Source: a virus (Duplodnaviria; Caudoviricetes). Taken from it: a stretch of 42,019 nucleotides of DNA. Positions 1-10,275 of this stretch are shown in pieces. Position 1 is the stretch's first letter; every line of letters starts with the position of its first letter. The notes below the pieces were generated by a model, which saw only the letters and a program-made list of their open reading frames with translations, did no database searches and was not told where the DNA came from. The stretch is from the IMG/VR virus record IMGVR_UViG_3300045135_001852, positions 1-42,019 of that record; one strand, 5' to 3'. The position numbers and the translations under genes are program-made.

Positions 1-99
1 GCTGGCTAAAAGAATCAAAGGGTTCTATTTAGGGGCAGATGAGCAAATCCTATTATGGGAATGTAGGCTTTGCTTGGGTGTGTGGTCAAAGAAAACAAA

Positions 100-140
100 G
101 GGAGGGGCATAGTCCCCTCCCAATTTTTTTTATTTTTTTT
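100..140. terminator. GC-rich hairpin flanked by T/A tracts; probable (bidirectional) terminator ending the late operon
   Basis: GGGAGGGG (100-107) pairs with CCCCTCCC (114-121) with a 6-nt loop. It is followed by a long T tract on + and by TTTGTTTTCTTTG on -, and lies 80 nt downstream of the last minus-strand gene. Confidence 0.65.
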
Positions 141-200
141 GAATTTGGCCTAAAAATTAGTCTATATTGCGACCTAAAACATTAGGTCTATATGGCCTAA

Positions 201-1847
201 TCAAGAAATTAAGCCACACAACTGCAAAGCATCAATCAAAGCATTAATTTTGGTCTCTAATGCTTGAATGTTTGATTGCATTCCAATTAACATGGCTTCG
301 TCGGTTGGCTCAAAACCTGCTGTTGCTGTCGGATTGGAAGCGGGAGCAGTCATAGCGGCAACAGTTAAGTTACCAACACTTTGCCTTGAAGCAGGAGCAA
401 CCCCGTAAAATCCAACATTAGAACCATCATGGTCTAAATCTCCATTAATTTCAACAGCACTAACCGTTCTAATATTTCCAACAGAAAGTTGTCCTTGAAT
501 GTGTTGTCCTAACGCCGCTATGTTTGTGATTGCGGTAGTAGCGGTAGCGGAAAAGGTTGAATACGCATTATTGTAGCCAAGACCGAGAGAACCCGTTGAA
601 GGGTCGGTTGCATCAACAACAGGTGTGATAAGTTGCCATCCTGCTTCTTGGAAATTATTTTTAAGATAAACTTCAATGTTGTTTGTAGCGTCAGTAATGT
701 TCATTTGAAGAACTGCGCCGTCATAAGTTGATGCTTCCTTAATACGGAAAGAGTCTATTCCGAGCGTTGAGAAATATGATGAATGCTCCACGCTAATACC
801 GTTTCCACTACCACCGCCGAACAAATGGCTAGCAGTTAGCATAATTGTTTGGTGGCGAGAAGAGTCCGTGTTACGAATAAGGAATGTTCCAATACCTCGT
901 TGGTCTTGACCGCCTGTTCCCGATGCGCTTCCCCCACTTGCACCTTCAATAACAGCGATTGAATGCCAGCCTGTTGCGAGGTCATCAGTTAAATCTTTGA
1001 ATTGTTGATATTGAACACCACTTACTTTCAAATCCCCTGTAATGTCCACTTTACCTGTTCCATCGGGTGTAATAGCAATATCTCTATTAGAAGTGGAAAC
1101 AATCGCATTTGTTTGAACATCTAAATTTCCCCCTAATTGTGGAGTTGTGTCATCAACAACATTAGCAATACCGCTTGATAATGAGGCAATAGACGAAGCA
1201 GTTGCCGTTTTAATTATGTCCGAATCGTCGGAATCCTGCAATAAAATTTTATCAGCACCAGCAACAGTAGCAACAGGTAAAGTATCTAATTTGTATAATC
1301 CTGTCATTGTAATACCGTTAGCATCAGCAGTTAATTTTCCTGTTTCGGTATATCCTGAACTATCATGACCAAGACTTAATGAATTTTCAGTTTTATTATT
1401 TGTTAGATATTGGACTTGTAATGGGCCTGTTGAACCAACATATGCTACAACAGCAATAATTGTATCACCAGCCGTATAATCTGCAACAACATCTGCCGCA
1501 GTAGGGTTTCTTAAAACAGCAGTTACGGGGGAAGAGCCAGTTGGTGCTACCAATAAATGATAACCATTCGTATATGTGGTTGAAAGAGTTAAAGAAGCAC
1601 CATTTACATCAATCAGGAGGCCATCTCTCATAACCTTTCCAGCAGCAACCGTAAATGTTGAAGCGGTGGCCGCAGAAATATTGAACCCGCTAACAACATA
1701 ATTTCCTTGAACGCCCAAGTTTAATGCTTTTAGCAACCCAGTATGCGGAAAATCACTTGAGTCGGTGATTGCGCTCGGTGTAAAGGCTACTGTTTCGGGT
1801 TCATCGTTTGTTCCAAATTTGTTTGGGTTGTTAATACTCTTACTCAT
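201..1847 (-). CDS. Tail fibre / receptor-binding-type structural protein (548 aa)
   Basis: Last gene of the tail module, rich in T/S/G/A. It has the fibre-type motif DTTPQLGGNLDV...IAITPDGTGKV and a C-terminal coiled coil ending INALIDALQLCGLIS, as seen in trimeric fibres. Confidence 0.65.
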   Translation of the reverse strand: MSKSINNPNKFGTNDEPETVAFTPSAITDSSDFPHTGLLKALNLGVQGNYVVSGFNISAATASTFTVAAGKVMRDGLLIDVNGASLTLSTTYTNGYHLLVAPTGSSPVTAVLRNPTAADVVADYTAGDTIIAVVAYVGSTGPLQVQYLTNNKTENSLSLGHDSSGYTETGKLTADANGITMTGLYKLDTLPVATVAGADKILLQDSDDSDIIKTATASSIASLSSGIANVVDDTTPQLGGNLDVQTNAIVSTSNRDIAITPDGTGKVDITGDLKVSGVQYQQFKDLTDDLATGWHSIAVIEGASGGSASGTGGQDQRGIGTFLIRNTDSSRHQTIMLTASHLFGGGSGNGISVEHSSYFSTLGIDSFRIKEASTYDGAVLQMNITDATNNIEVYLKNNFQEAGWQLITPVVDATDPSTGSLGLGYNNAYSTFSATATTAITNIAALGQHIQGQLSVGNIRTVSAVEINGDLDHDGSNVGFYGVAPASRQSVGNLTVAAMTAPASNPTATAGFEPTDEAMLIGMQSNIQALETKINALIDALQLCGLIS

Positions 1848-2200
1848 TATCGCACCTCCATCGTCAAAAATAGTTGAAGTTTTTCTGTTGAAGCAACTGA
1901 TGAAATACCATCAAAACTGATTCTTGCAAGCATGTTACTGCTTGAATCAAACACACCCATTTCTCTAATTGTCAAGCCTGTTAATTGGCTTCCTAAAACT
2001 TCAACAAATACTTGAAAGGTAGTATCATTTGACTTAGCGGCACTCAACTGATTAATTGAAGCCCCACTTGGGACATCAATATCCAAAGCGGCTGGACTTG
2101 TTGAGTTACCACCTAAACCAACCTTTGCTGATGCACTTGCATGGTTGATAAGGCTCACCACATGGTCTGCAATCTGCTTTCTTAATTCGTCGGTTATCAT
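1847..2200 (-). CDS. Small tail-tip / fibre attachment protein (117 aa)
   Basis: Motif IREMGVFDSSSNMLARI resembles fibre-anchoring/baseplate domains; start/stop overlaps couple it to both neighbours. Confidence 0.5.
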   Translation of the reverse strand: MITDELRKQIADHVVSLINHASASAKVGLGGNSTSPAALDIDVPSGASINQLSAAKSNDTTFQVFVEVLGSQLTGLTIREMGVFDSSSNMLARISFDGISSVASTEKLQLFLTMEVR

Positions 2201-5200
2201 AGGTTTTCCTCCAAGAGTCGGGTGTAGGTGATGGAGCCTCCGCCAAAACCAAGTGGCGTGGTTCCTGTATTTAGTGCTGTTCCGAAGCCCAAAGTGAATG
2301 CCCCCGATATGTTTCTTTTACGGGCCAAGAAGTAAATTTCTTCAACATTGATTTCAGCCATGAAGTCATAGTCGTTTTCATTTTCATTGTATTCCGACTG
2401 TCGGAGATAAGAATTTGTTTGTGAAGAAGTAACAAGAATATTAGCGAAGATGTCTTCTAAGCCATTGAAGTATCTGCCTACTCTTAATTCCACCATTCCC
2501 GAAAAGTTGTGAATTGCCTCTAATACGACATATTGGTTTCTCTCAATACCGACGAAGCGGGATTCAACACTTACAATATCTCCAATACCGATTGTTCCAG
2601 CATCCGAATTATTTACTTTGAAAGAAACAATGTTGTTTAGAGAAGTGTGAGCCTTTAACAAATTATGTGCTTCTTTGGTAACATCTTCTTGAGTGGCTAA
2701 TTTACTATTGAACACCTCTAAAGACTTTTTTCCTCTCTTTTTAATTTCTCGGAAGTCCTTTCGTGTCTCTTTGTGATTTTGTCCATAAACTGTAATATGG
2801 TTATAATAATCAAAGTTAGATTTAGTTATCTCAATATCTGTAATGTTGTCATCATCAAAAGTATATTTTGAGATAAAGTCATCAGCATCTAAGTTTTCAA
2901 TTTGAATTGTGCCAGTTACATTTATCATTTTCTTATTTTTAAGAGCCAAAAAGTAGTTTGTAATCGCAAAGAGATTCAACCCTTGAAAGTTAGGAGAAAC
3001 CACTACCTTATAGTCCTCTTTTGTTAGGGAGAATGTGATGTCATTTTCGGTCAAAACTTCTTCAACAATGTCTTCCGATTCTCTAGCAATAGAGATAGAA
3101 GACCCAATAACTGCCCTTTTCTCATCGGGAGTAACACTACCACTCACCTTCAATTCAAAGGTTTCGGAAATAGATACAACACCATTCATTTTGCCTTTGT
3201 CTGAAATTGTCAAGTAATGTCCAATATCATCACCAGCGTCTTTGCCTACAATTTCTGTATCAAAGGAAGTTTCTCCATCGCTAACACAATAGTTTCCATC
3301 AAAGTTAGCCAAAATGGTTTCACGGCCCGTAGCAGTTTTGACAATTGTTTTCTCTTCCCCACTTAGGTTATCAATATCAACCATCACATACATTGATTGA
3401 ACGCCTTCTAAATTGCAGGTTTGGTCTCTTGTTCCCGCCTTTTCGTTACTGGCAAAGGAAGGGAAGGTATCATACATATCATCGGAATCCATTTTCTTGG
3501 TGTAGCCCTTATCCAAAGTGTTTAGTCTAATTGTATTTGGGCTATTTTCCCAAAAACAAATGGGATTGGGTTGCATAATCTTGTATTTTGTATTTGCTGC
3601 TAATGCCTCATCAGTTATCAAAACACAGGAAGGGTTTCCAGCCGCCTTCGTTAAGTCATATTCATGGGAAACAACATAAATAATTTCATTATCGTCAATT
3701 GTCACTTGATGGTTACTGTTAATGCTACTACCCGAAGCGACATCATTCCCATCGTAATATTTTCCTTTTTCTGCGGGAACCAAATAACAACCAGTTAAAT
3801 CCATAAATTGTAAAATAAATCTTAAGTCTGTCAAATCAATGCTACATCTTTTTAGCGTAGTATTATTGATTGATTTTACATCGGTAGTTGTTAGCCCTGA
3901 TGGGGTATGTAAATGTGGTTTAAATCCTAAGTATGTCCCTGCGGCAGTATTGGTTTGGGTTGCAAATGTTTCTAAAGTGTTGTAAAAAATATGGCTTTGG
4001 AATCTTCCACTTAAATCATCAGCAGGACTATGATAAGTGGATGCTGTTGTTCCTTGATGCAAAAATGGCGAAGTAATTCCATGTTCTGTAGTGTCTTCTT
4101 CAATGTTGTATGGTTTTAAGAATACCAATTTAAGAGCAGCAATATCATCATTTACTGATGTTGTTCCATTACCATCATCAAAACCATTGTAAAAATTAAA
4201 CAATTCCGAACTCCCATATCCTGAACGACTAAAATCTCTATTTACTGAAAAAGAACCTAAAGTGTTTGGAGAGCCAGAAGCGTGATTAAATCCAAAGGTG
4301 TAAAAGGCTTCATCAAAAGTATGGCCTCCGAACCCTAATGCGCTCACATCTCTAAAAATGCCCTCAAATGAAATCGGTAACAAAATGCTTTGTTTTTGAT
4401 GACCTGTTCCTTTTTGTAGTTTAGGAAATCCAGAACCCATAGTTACATTTGAAGGAGTATAATAATCAGTCCAAGTTGAAGGGTCATCATCGTTAGTTAC
4501 TACCCCCTTTAGCATGTGAATATTGCTTCCAGCAACACCATCTCCAGTAGCCTCAAAGTAAATGTCCCCTCCCTCTTGCTTTCCAATAACTCTCATTGTT
4601 TCGTCTAATCTTTCATGTGGGAAGAAATAAACATTATCCCCAATGTTGAGTCTTGAACCACCGTAGGCTCTATAAAAAGTAAAATTGAGTTTATCATTTG
4701 AGTTTGTTACAGTAGTGATGCTGGAAACTACACCAACAATACCCAAGTATGTAGGGTCTAAAATGAAGTCCCCAACTGAAACATTTGTAATTGTGTTGTT
4801 CATTTGAATACCAGTATTATCAACAGCAGCAATTGTTAGAGCAGTTGCTCCGTTTTTCACTTGGGTTTTTTCGTGGAAAAACACAGTAGGGGATTCAACA
4901 ACTCTATCATCGGGAACATTAAACTCTGGATTAATCGGATTAAAAGCCCAATCATAAACAACATCAGTTAATCTCATTAATCCAAATCTCTTGAGGCCCG
5001 ACAAAACTTTGTTACTGCTAATAATTGAACTATGTCTGTAATCTTCGTCTAAGTTTGTGATAGTTTTTGTTTCTCCTACAAATTCATCCTTAGTGGATGA
5101 AGAGTCTGTTTTTCTTGGTTCAGCGATAGATAACATGCCTTGAGATTGCAAAAAAGAATTAGCAGCATCATCGCTTGCCTTCGCAACCATGAGACTGTCC

Positions 5201-8200
5201 TTTCTTGTGGAGGAATACAAAAATCTGTCCGAGTTACAAAATAAGAATAGTCTTCCCGCCTTTGCATCAATTTGGTAAAATTTATCTCTTGCATCTAATG
5301 GATTCGGATAGTTGTCTATGGTTGCGGAGCCAAGCCTAACATCGGGTTCGGGGCTCCTATACACAGTCCCTTCATCAACTGCGCTGATAAATTGCCTATC
5401 AGCGTATGCTGACCCAATAATAGGCCGATGCCCTCTTGTGGAAATTGCATAGTGGTTGTTATTGGTTGTTCCTGTTTTTGAATCAATGGTGAGATTGTTG
5501 GGATGCCCTTGATAGGCTTCTGCATAGTATAGATAAATTCCCTCATCTCCATAGTATGCATTTCTTCTCCCTTTATCGGTATCTTGGGTCAATAAGTATG
5601 ACTTTGATTCACCCACTCTTCCCTTCTCAACATTTGTCAATCGTAAAATATCTGCGCCAAACTTTTGTTTGAGTGACTTCTCCGTAACGGCTACGCTATA
5701 AACCGATGTGCCAGTTAGGGAATAATCAACAGGTAGGTTATTTGGACCAAGCATATTGACAATTTTAGAACCATGAAGATGGGCTCCGTTTGTGAACATG
5801 AATGCTCTTTTCTTTCTTCCCCCATTAATTTGTAAATATGTTCCGTTTAGATTAGACGGTAAGTTTCTATCTAAGAAGATTTTGACATCGGTTATTGTTG
5901 AGTCCGACGCAACAAAAGCATTACCCAAATAAATTCCAACAAATGAACCATTAGCATATATTTTTTCACCAATTGGTAAAGAATAGTTTGTGAAGGTTGA
6001 GGCACTACAAGTAACTTCATTATCTAATGATGTAGTGGAAACTTGTGCTAAATTTGTGAATGAATCTGGAGTAATAGAATGATTGACCTTTTCTCTTCCT
6101 AAAGTAAGAGGCATGTATGGGGCCAACTTAACAGTTTTGATATTATCTCCTTTTACAGAAAGAATAGTAAAATCAATTAAGGTGTTCACAATATCCTCTG
6201 TTAATCCATCTATTTCTAAATTGAAATCCAAATCATCATCAATGTTCTTAACGCTATCAATATTATAACCAACTGCTTCTGCATTAGTATCATCCGAAGT
6301 GCCAACTAAAGTATCTCCATCAACTAATGCATCAAAATCTCCAGTTAATTTGATGCCATCTTTGAAGTAAAACCCTTTGTCACTTGTGCCAGTTAGGGAA
6401 GTAACGCTAGTTACCGACTTATTTGCAGATAAAGCCTTGTTCAAAACATATAGTTTTTCTGTTTCTTGATAGACAGTAGTGTTGCTTTCTGCTCTTGTAT
6501 ATGGATAGTCATGTAATTTATAGGTAACGCCTGTTAGAACTACTGATTCAATTTGACCAATATAACCATAATCACACCACAGGTGCGTATTTAGTGCTAA
6601 GTTCGTGGTTGTTGAAAAGGTAATATTGTAACTGTCAAAATCCCATGTGGCAGTTTTTCCTGTTGTAGCAATTTTATTATGCGGGCTTTGGCTACTGTAA
6701 ATAATATCGGATGAAAAATTCGTATCTTTATTGAGAATAACATCAACTAACTTTGCCAAAGTATTTCTCCCGCTAATATCTAAAAATGTCTGTCCTTCGG
6801 ATAGCCTTCTTTCTATTTGGTCTATTGCACCGTAAAAGACCTCATAATACAAAACAAAGTTTCCTTGTATTCTCTCTAAGCCGCTTGTGCTATCCAAAAT
6901 ATTGTTTCCAAAAGAAATGGTAAGCAATCCGTAGTCGTCATTTGCATTTGTAATTAAAGAACCAATGCTGCAATACTTAACTGGATAAGATGATGCTTGA
7001 ACAAGGCCTGACATTCTTCCTAATTTGCTCTCTTCAAAAGAAGCAGAAGTCACATAGGTTGAATCTAAGTGCGAAAGTCTCCTTCTGTAAATTTTGTCTC
7101 CTTGCGAAAACCCACTTAGCGAAGTAGTGGAAGTAAAGGCTGATTCGGTTTCTAAGCGGCTGTCTGCCTTCAAAACAATTCTATCTGTGCTGGCTACGGA
7201 ATCAATAATGCAAATTCTTGTTCCTACCTTGATTTCCATATTAGCAACAAAGAATAGGTTTGGTCTTTCTTTTAGTTGGGTTAGCGTATATGTTCTTGGG
7301 GAGGTATGAAGAGAGTCAATCTCTGCAACCTCCACCCACTCTCTCAAATCATCTTCTTGTAGTCTTTGGTAAGCACTTAACCTATCATCAACTGCAACTC
7401 TATTTGTCAAATTCTTTGTAGTATCTAAAATTGAAATTTCTGCTAAACCTGCTTTATCAAATGAATCCTCAATTTCTGCCTCATAGACATTAGACATATG
7501 GTTGTTAATTTCAGGAGAATCGTTATAATACACATATCTCTTATTTCCACTAAAGACCTTTGCAGACACATCGTCATCGGTGTCTCTCTTTGCATTAATA
7601 AAACAGTCGTTGTAATCTGTTAAAGTAGTAAATGTTCCCGATAATACTGAACTTTCGTTGCTTGTCCCAACATCGGGGTCATCCAATTCCTTCAACTCAT
7701 CTTTTAGAGTAATACTATAATTAAAACGACTATAATCAACAATTTTATTTCGGTAGTCACTAATTGTTGTAAAAGTCGTATTATCTCCACCCGTATTTAA
7801 CAGAATAGAAGAATCCGTTGAAGTGTTTGCTAAAGTCTTTGTTCTAATGAAATACTTATCGTTGTGGTCTAACTCACCCGCAGTATCAAGTTTATCATCA
7901 TAGAAATAGAAATGTGGGCGAGCGCAGACTAATTTAGACACTTCTGTTTTAATTCCAGCAGTAATCGCAATTAAATTCGTGGTTGTTGATGGCCCTTTGA
8001 AAAGCATAAACTTAACATCTTTGGCAATCTCGCTTCCGAGTCTTGGGCTAAAATGAAATTTGTCTCCATCTTGGTCTGCACCAACTCCTGTAATTTGAGT
8101 GATTTTGGCAAAGTGATGCATGTTTTCATTATCGGAATGAATAAGAACAAAATAATCATTTGTGCTTAAATCAACCGTAGCCAAATCAATACCTACATTT

Positions 8201-8463
8201 TTAAATGCATCAAAACAACGAATAGAAAAACCATCAGTAGCGTGTAGGTTAGAATACTCCGTGAGCAAATCTGCCCCACTAACGATTTCATCAAACCTTG
8301 CGGCGGCGGGTGTAGCGGCTCCACTACTTAACACTAAAGAAAAGATTCTATTTCCTGCACTCAAAACAGGGTTAAAAGTAATTAAAGGGTTGGTGGGCGT
8401 ATCGTAATTGTTATTTGCGGGAGAATTGTAAGAAGTGACTAGTCCACCAATTTCAACAGTCAT
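2197..8463 (-). CDS. Large tail tip / hub / central fibre protein (2088 aa)
   Basis: Very long, beta-rich ORF downstream of tape measure and Dit-like genes. The C-terminal part (YNHITVYG...IGIGDIVSV...YVVLEAIH) resembles tail hub proteins. Confidence 0.6.
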   Translation of the reverse strand: MTVEIGGLVTSYNSPANNNYDTPTNPLITFNPVLSAGNRIFSLVLSSGAATPAAARFDEIVSGADLLTEYSNLHATDGFSIRCFDAFKNVGIDLATVDLSTNDYFVLIHSDNENMHHFAKITQITGVGADQDGDKFHFSPRLGSEIAKDVKFMLFKGPSTTTNLIAITAGIKTEVSKLVCARPHFYFYDDKLDTAGELDHNDKYFIRTKTLANTSTDSSILLNTGGDNTTFTTISDYRNKIVDYSRFNYSITLKDELKELDDPDVGTSNESSVLSGTFTTLTDYNDCFINAKRDTDDDVSAKVFSGNKRYVYYNDSPEINNHMSNVYEAEIEDSFDKAGLAEISILDTTKNLTNRVAVDDRLSAYQRLQEDDLREWVEVAEIDSLHTSPRTYTLTQLKERPNLFFVANMEIKVGTRICIIDSVASTDRIVLKADSRLETESAFTSTTSLSGFSQGDKIYRRRLSHLDSTYVTSASFEESKLGRMSGLVQASSYPVKYCSIGSLITNANDDYGLLTISFGNNILDSTSGLERIQGNFVLYYEVFYGAIDQIERRLSEGQTFLDISGRNTLAKLVDVILNKDTNFSSDIIYSSQSPHNKIATTGKTATWDFDSYNITFSTTTNLALNTHLWCDYGYIGQIESVVLTGVTYKLHDYPYTRAESNTTVYQETEKLYVLNKALSANKSVTSVTSLTGTSDKGFYFKDGIKLTGDFDALVDGDTLVGTSDDTNAEAVGYNIDSVKNIDDDLDFNLEIDGLTEDIVNTLIDFTILSVKGDNIKTVKLAPYMPLTLGREKVNHSITPDSFTNLAQVSTTSLDNEVTCSASTFTNYSLPIGEKIYANGSFVGIYLGNAFVASDSTITDVKIFLDRNLPSNLNGTYLQINGGRKKRAFMFTNGAHLHGSKIVNMLGPNNLPVDYSLTGTSVYSVAVTEKSLKQKFGADILRLTNVEKGRVGESKSYLLTQDTDKGRRNAYYGDEGIYLYYAEAYQGHPNNLTIDSKTGTTNNNHYAISTRGHRPIIGSAYADRQFISAVDEGTVYRSPEPDVRLGSATIDNYPNPLDARDKFYQIDAKAGRLFLFCNSDRFLYSSTRKDSLMVAKASDDAANSFLQSQGMLSIAEPRKTDSSSTKDEFVGETKTITNLDEDYRHSSIISSNKVLSGLKRFGLMRLTDVVYDWAFNPINPEFNVPDDRVVESPTVFFHEKTQVKNGATALTIAAVDNTGIQMNNTITNVSVGDFILDPTYLGIVGVVSSITTVTNSNDKLNFTFYRAYGGSRLNIGDNVYFFPHERLDETMRVIGKQEGGDIYFEATGDGVAGSNIHMLKGVVTNDDDPSTWTDYYTPSNVTMGSGFPKLQKGTGHQKQSILLPISFEGIFRDVSALGFGGHTFDEAFYTFGFNHASGSPNTLGSFSVNRDFSRSGYGSSELFNFYNGFDDGNGTTSVNDDIAALKLVFLKPYNIEEDTTEHGITSPFLHQGTTASTYHSPADDLSGRFQSHIFYNTLETFATQTNTAAGTYLGFKPHLHTPSGLTTTDVKSINNTTLKRCSIDLTDLRFILQFMDLTGCYLVPAEKGKYYDGNDVASGSSINSNHQVTIDDNEIIYVVSHEYDLTKAAGNPSCVLITDEALAANTKYKIMQPNPICFWENSPNTIRLNTLDKGYTKKMDSDDMYDTFPSFASNEKAGTRDQTCNLEGVQSMYVMVDIDNLSGEEKTIVKTATGRETILANFDGNYCVSDGETSFDTEIVGKDAGDDIGHYLTISDKGKMNGVVSISETFELKVSGSVTPDEKRAVIGSSISIARESEDIVEEVLTENDITFSLTKEDYKVVVSPNFQGLNLFAITNYFLALKNKKMINVTGTIQIENLDADDFISKYTFDDDNITDIEITKSNFDYYNHITVYGQNHKETRKDFREIKKRGKKSLEVFNSKLATQEDVTKEAHNLLKAHTSLNNIVSFKVNNSDAGTIGIGDIVSVESRFVGIERNQYVVLEAIHNFSGMVELRVGRYFNGLEDIFANILVTSSQTNSYLRQSEYNENENDYDFMAEINVEEIYFLARKRNISGAFTLGFGTALNTGTTPLGFGGGSITYTRLLEENL

Positions 8464-9593
8464 AAGTCCACCTCCTCAAACCTCAAGTAAAGTAGCGAAG
8501 TATCGTAAGCGGGCAAAAGCGAATTAGTGTATGTGATGCTCTTTTTGGAATAGTCCTCTATTGCCAACTCATGCAACTCTCCCATAAATTGCATATCTGT
8601 GGATGCATCATTGTCTGCACTTGTATTTTTTCCCAAGATACAGTCCGTTCTTGAAAATACAAATTCATTTGTTTGGGTATGGGCTCCCGAAAAAACATTT
8701 CTCCTATTGTAAAAAATATTGATTGTTTTACCCACATCGTTATATGTGACCGCAACATGATGCATATTTTCAACATACTTAGGTTCTTTGAAAGTATCAA
8801 TATAAATCTCAGTATCTTGAGCAATAGCGTCTGTTGGGGGAGCAGTCAAAACAACAGAAGAAGCCCCTACGGAAACAACTGTGCCGACTAAATTAAAATC
8901 AAACCCCGACCTTGTGTAAAGAGATTGTCCAGCGTAAAAAATATCCGAAAGGGCTCTTGAACCGTGTCCAGTTGTGTTTAAATCAATCGTTGTGGAAATG
9001 CCAGTAGCGTTTGTTAATCTCGCCACGCTATCGTAAATAATTTCTCCATCTCTATTGAACCCGCTTAAGTTATTTTTAACATGTGAATCCCCATAGGCCC
9101 AATTTTTCTTTGTTGAGGCTGAAATAACAACAGGGCTCACAAAAGTTTCTTGAGTTGAGCCAAGTGTCAAATACACTTTAATTTTGTATTCTGCTGGTTG
9201 ATTGTTATTTGTGCTTGTTGAATTTAGGAGAGTAACACGAAAATTATCATTGTGAAAGATGCACATTTCATGGGTGTATCTGTTGGCGGTTGAAAGATAC
9301 GCTTCGCTGATTTTACCCGACCCGCCTTGAGGCATGATGAAGTCATTTGTTTGTTGCGCTGTTCGGCCTCTCAAACCAGCCGCACCTGTGCCGTTTATGT
9401 CATATGGGGTAACTATCGCCTCAAAGGTGAACGAGCCAGAATGCGCCCATAACCCATGCGGAACATCATCAGTTGTGTCGCTTGGGGTTGAAAAAATGTC
9501 GGGAATGTTTTCGCTGTATCCGATGTTAATATGAGCATTACACATAATCGGAAAAACAATACTTTTTTGTTTTCCAACATAAATGTCATACAT
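8460..9593 (-). CDS. LamG / concanavalin A-like domain tail protein (377 aa, start corrected to MYDIYVG)
   Basis: Motifs SFTFEAIVTP, HHVAVTYN, INIFYN, FMGELHELAI. RBS GAGGTG precedes the ATG at 9593. Confidence 0.65.
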   Translation of the reverse strand: MYDIYVGKQKSIVFPIMCNAHINIGYSENIPDIFSTPSDTTDDVPHGLWAHSGSFTFEAIVTPYDINGTGAAGLRGRTAQQTNDFIMPQGGSGKISEAYLSTANRYTHEMCIFHNDNFRVTLLNSTSTNNNQPAEYKIKVYLTLGSTQETFVSPVVISASTKKNWAYGDSHVKNNLSGFNRDGEIIYDSVARLTNATGISTTIDLNTTGHGSRALSDIFYAGQSLYTRSGFDFNLVGTVVSVGASSVVLTAPPTDAIAQDTEIYIDTFKEPKYVENMHHVAVTYNDVGKTINIFYNRRNVFSGAHTQTNEFVFSRTDCILGKNTSADNDASTDMQFMGELHELAIEDYSKKSITYTNSLLPAYDTSLLYLRFEEVDL

Positions 9594-9603
9594 AAATAGC
9601 ACC

Positions 9604-10266
9604 TCAAGGAAAAATACGGGCCACTTTGAAAGACATACTAAATGAAATTTCAACGGGGGAATCCGCTTCAATGTTGAAACTAAAACTCTCAATGTATCCT
9701 TTAATCCCAGTTTGTTTGTCTAAGTCTTCCTGTGTGCTTCCTTGCGGGAAGTCGGAAGGTAAAGGGACTCCCTTGTTGTCTTTTTCCAAAGGGTCGCCTC
9801 TTGAAGCAAAAGTAAAGGGAATATCTAAAGGCGCACTTCTTTCGTTATATTCGTGGTCTATGTTTGATTCTATTTTGAAAACCAATTCGTTCATGGTTTG
9901 GTGGCGGGCCAATCCCGAAGAATCAACGCCCGAAGCAATCAATTGGGCTATTTCTGCCGCCGTCATTTCAATTCTAGTAAAATTTGGCTGTGTTCCTGTG
10001 TGGCTTCTCTTAATGGATTGATTTGTGATAATTCCCGAAATTTCAATAGATTTGTCACCAAGACCCAAATCAACACCGACTCTTTCTGCTTCGCCACGAA
10101 CAAGGCTGGAAAGAGGAACGGGAAGATTCGGAACTGTTCTTGTTACGCTGACACCTATGGAAGTAGCCTTCAAAGGGATGGTATTGACATCTAATCCATA
10201 CTCTTCATCAAATTCTCCCGTTTTAAGATAAACATAATGAGTAGTGTCCAAAACCTCAATCGCCAT
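9604..10266 (-). CDS. Putative distal tail (Dit-like) protein (220 aa)
   Basis: Lies directly after the tape measure gene; KSIEISGII and KGYIESFSFNI...ISFSMSFK fit a tube-like beta fold; RBS GAGGTGA. Confidence 0.5.
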   Translation of the reverse strand: MAIEVLDTTHYVYLKTGEFDEEYGLDVNTIPLKATSIGVSVTRTVPNLPVPLSSLVRGEAERVGVDLGLGDKSIEISGIITNQSIKRSHTGTQPNFTRIEMTAAEIAQLIASGVDSSGLARHQTMNELVFKIESNIDHEYNERSAPLDIPFTFASRGDPLEKDNKGVPLPSDFPQGSTQEDLDKQTGIKGYIESFSFNIEADSPVEISFSMSFKVARIFP

Positions 10267-10275
10267 TTACTCACC

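Noticed and set aside
9594-9692. N-terminal extensions given by the ORF track (also at 33380-33439, 40686-40763, 41145-41228)
   Set aside because: They overlap upstream genes; downstream ATGs have correctly spaced RBS-like sites and, for the latter three, expose the conserved tag.
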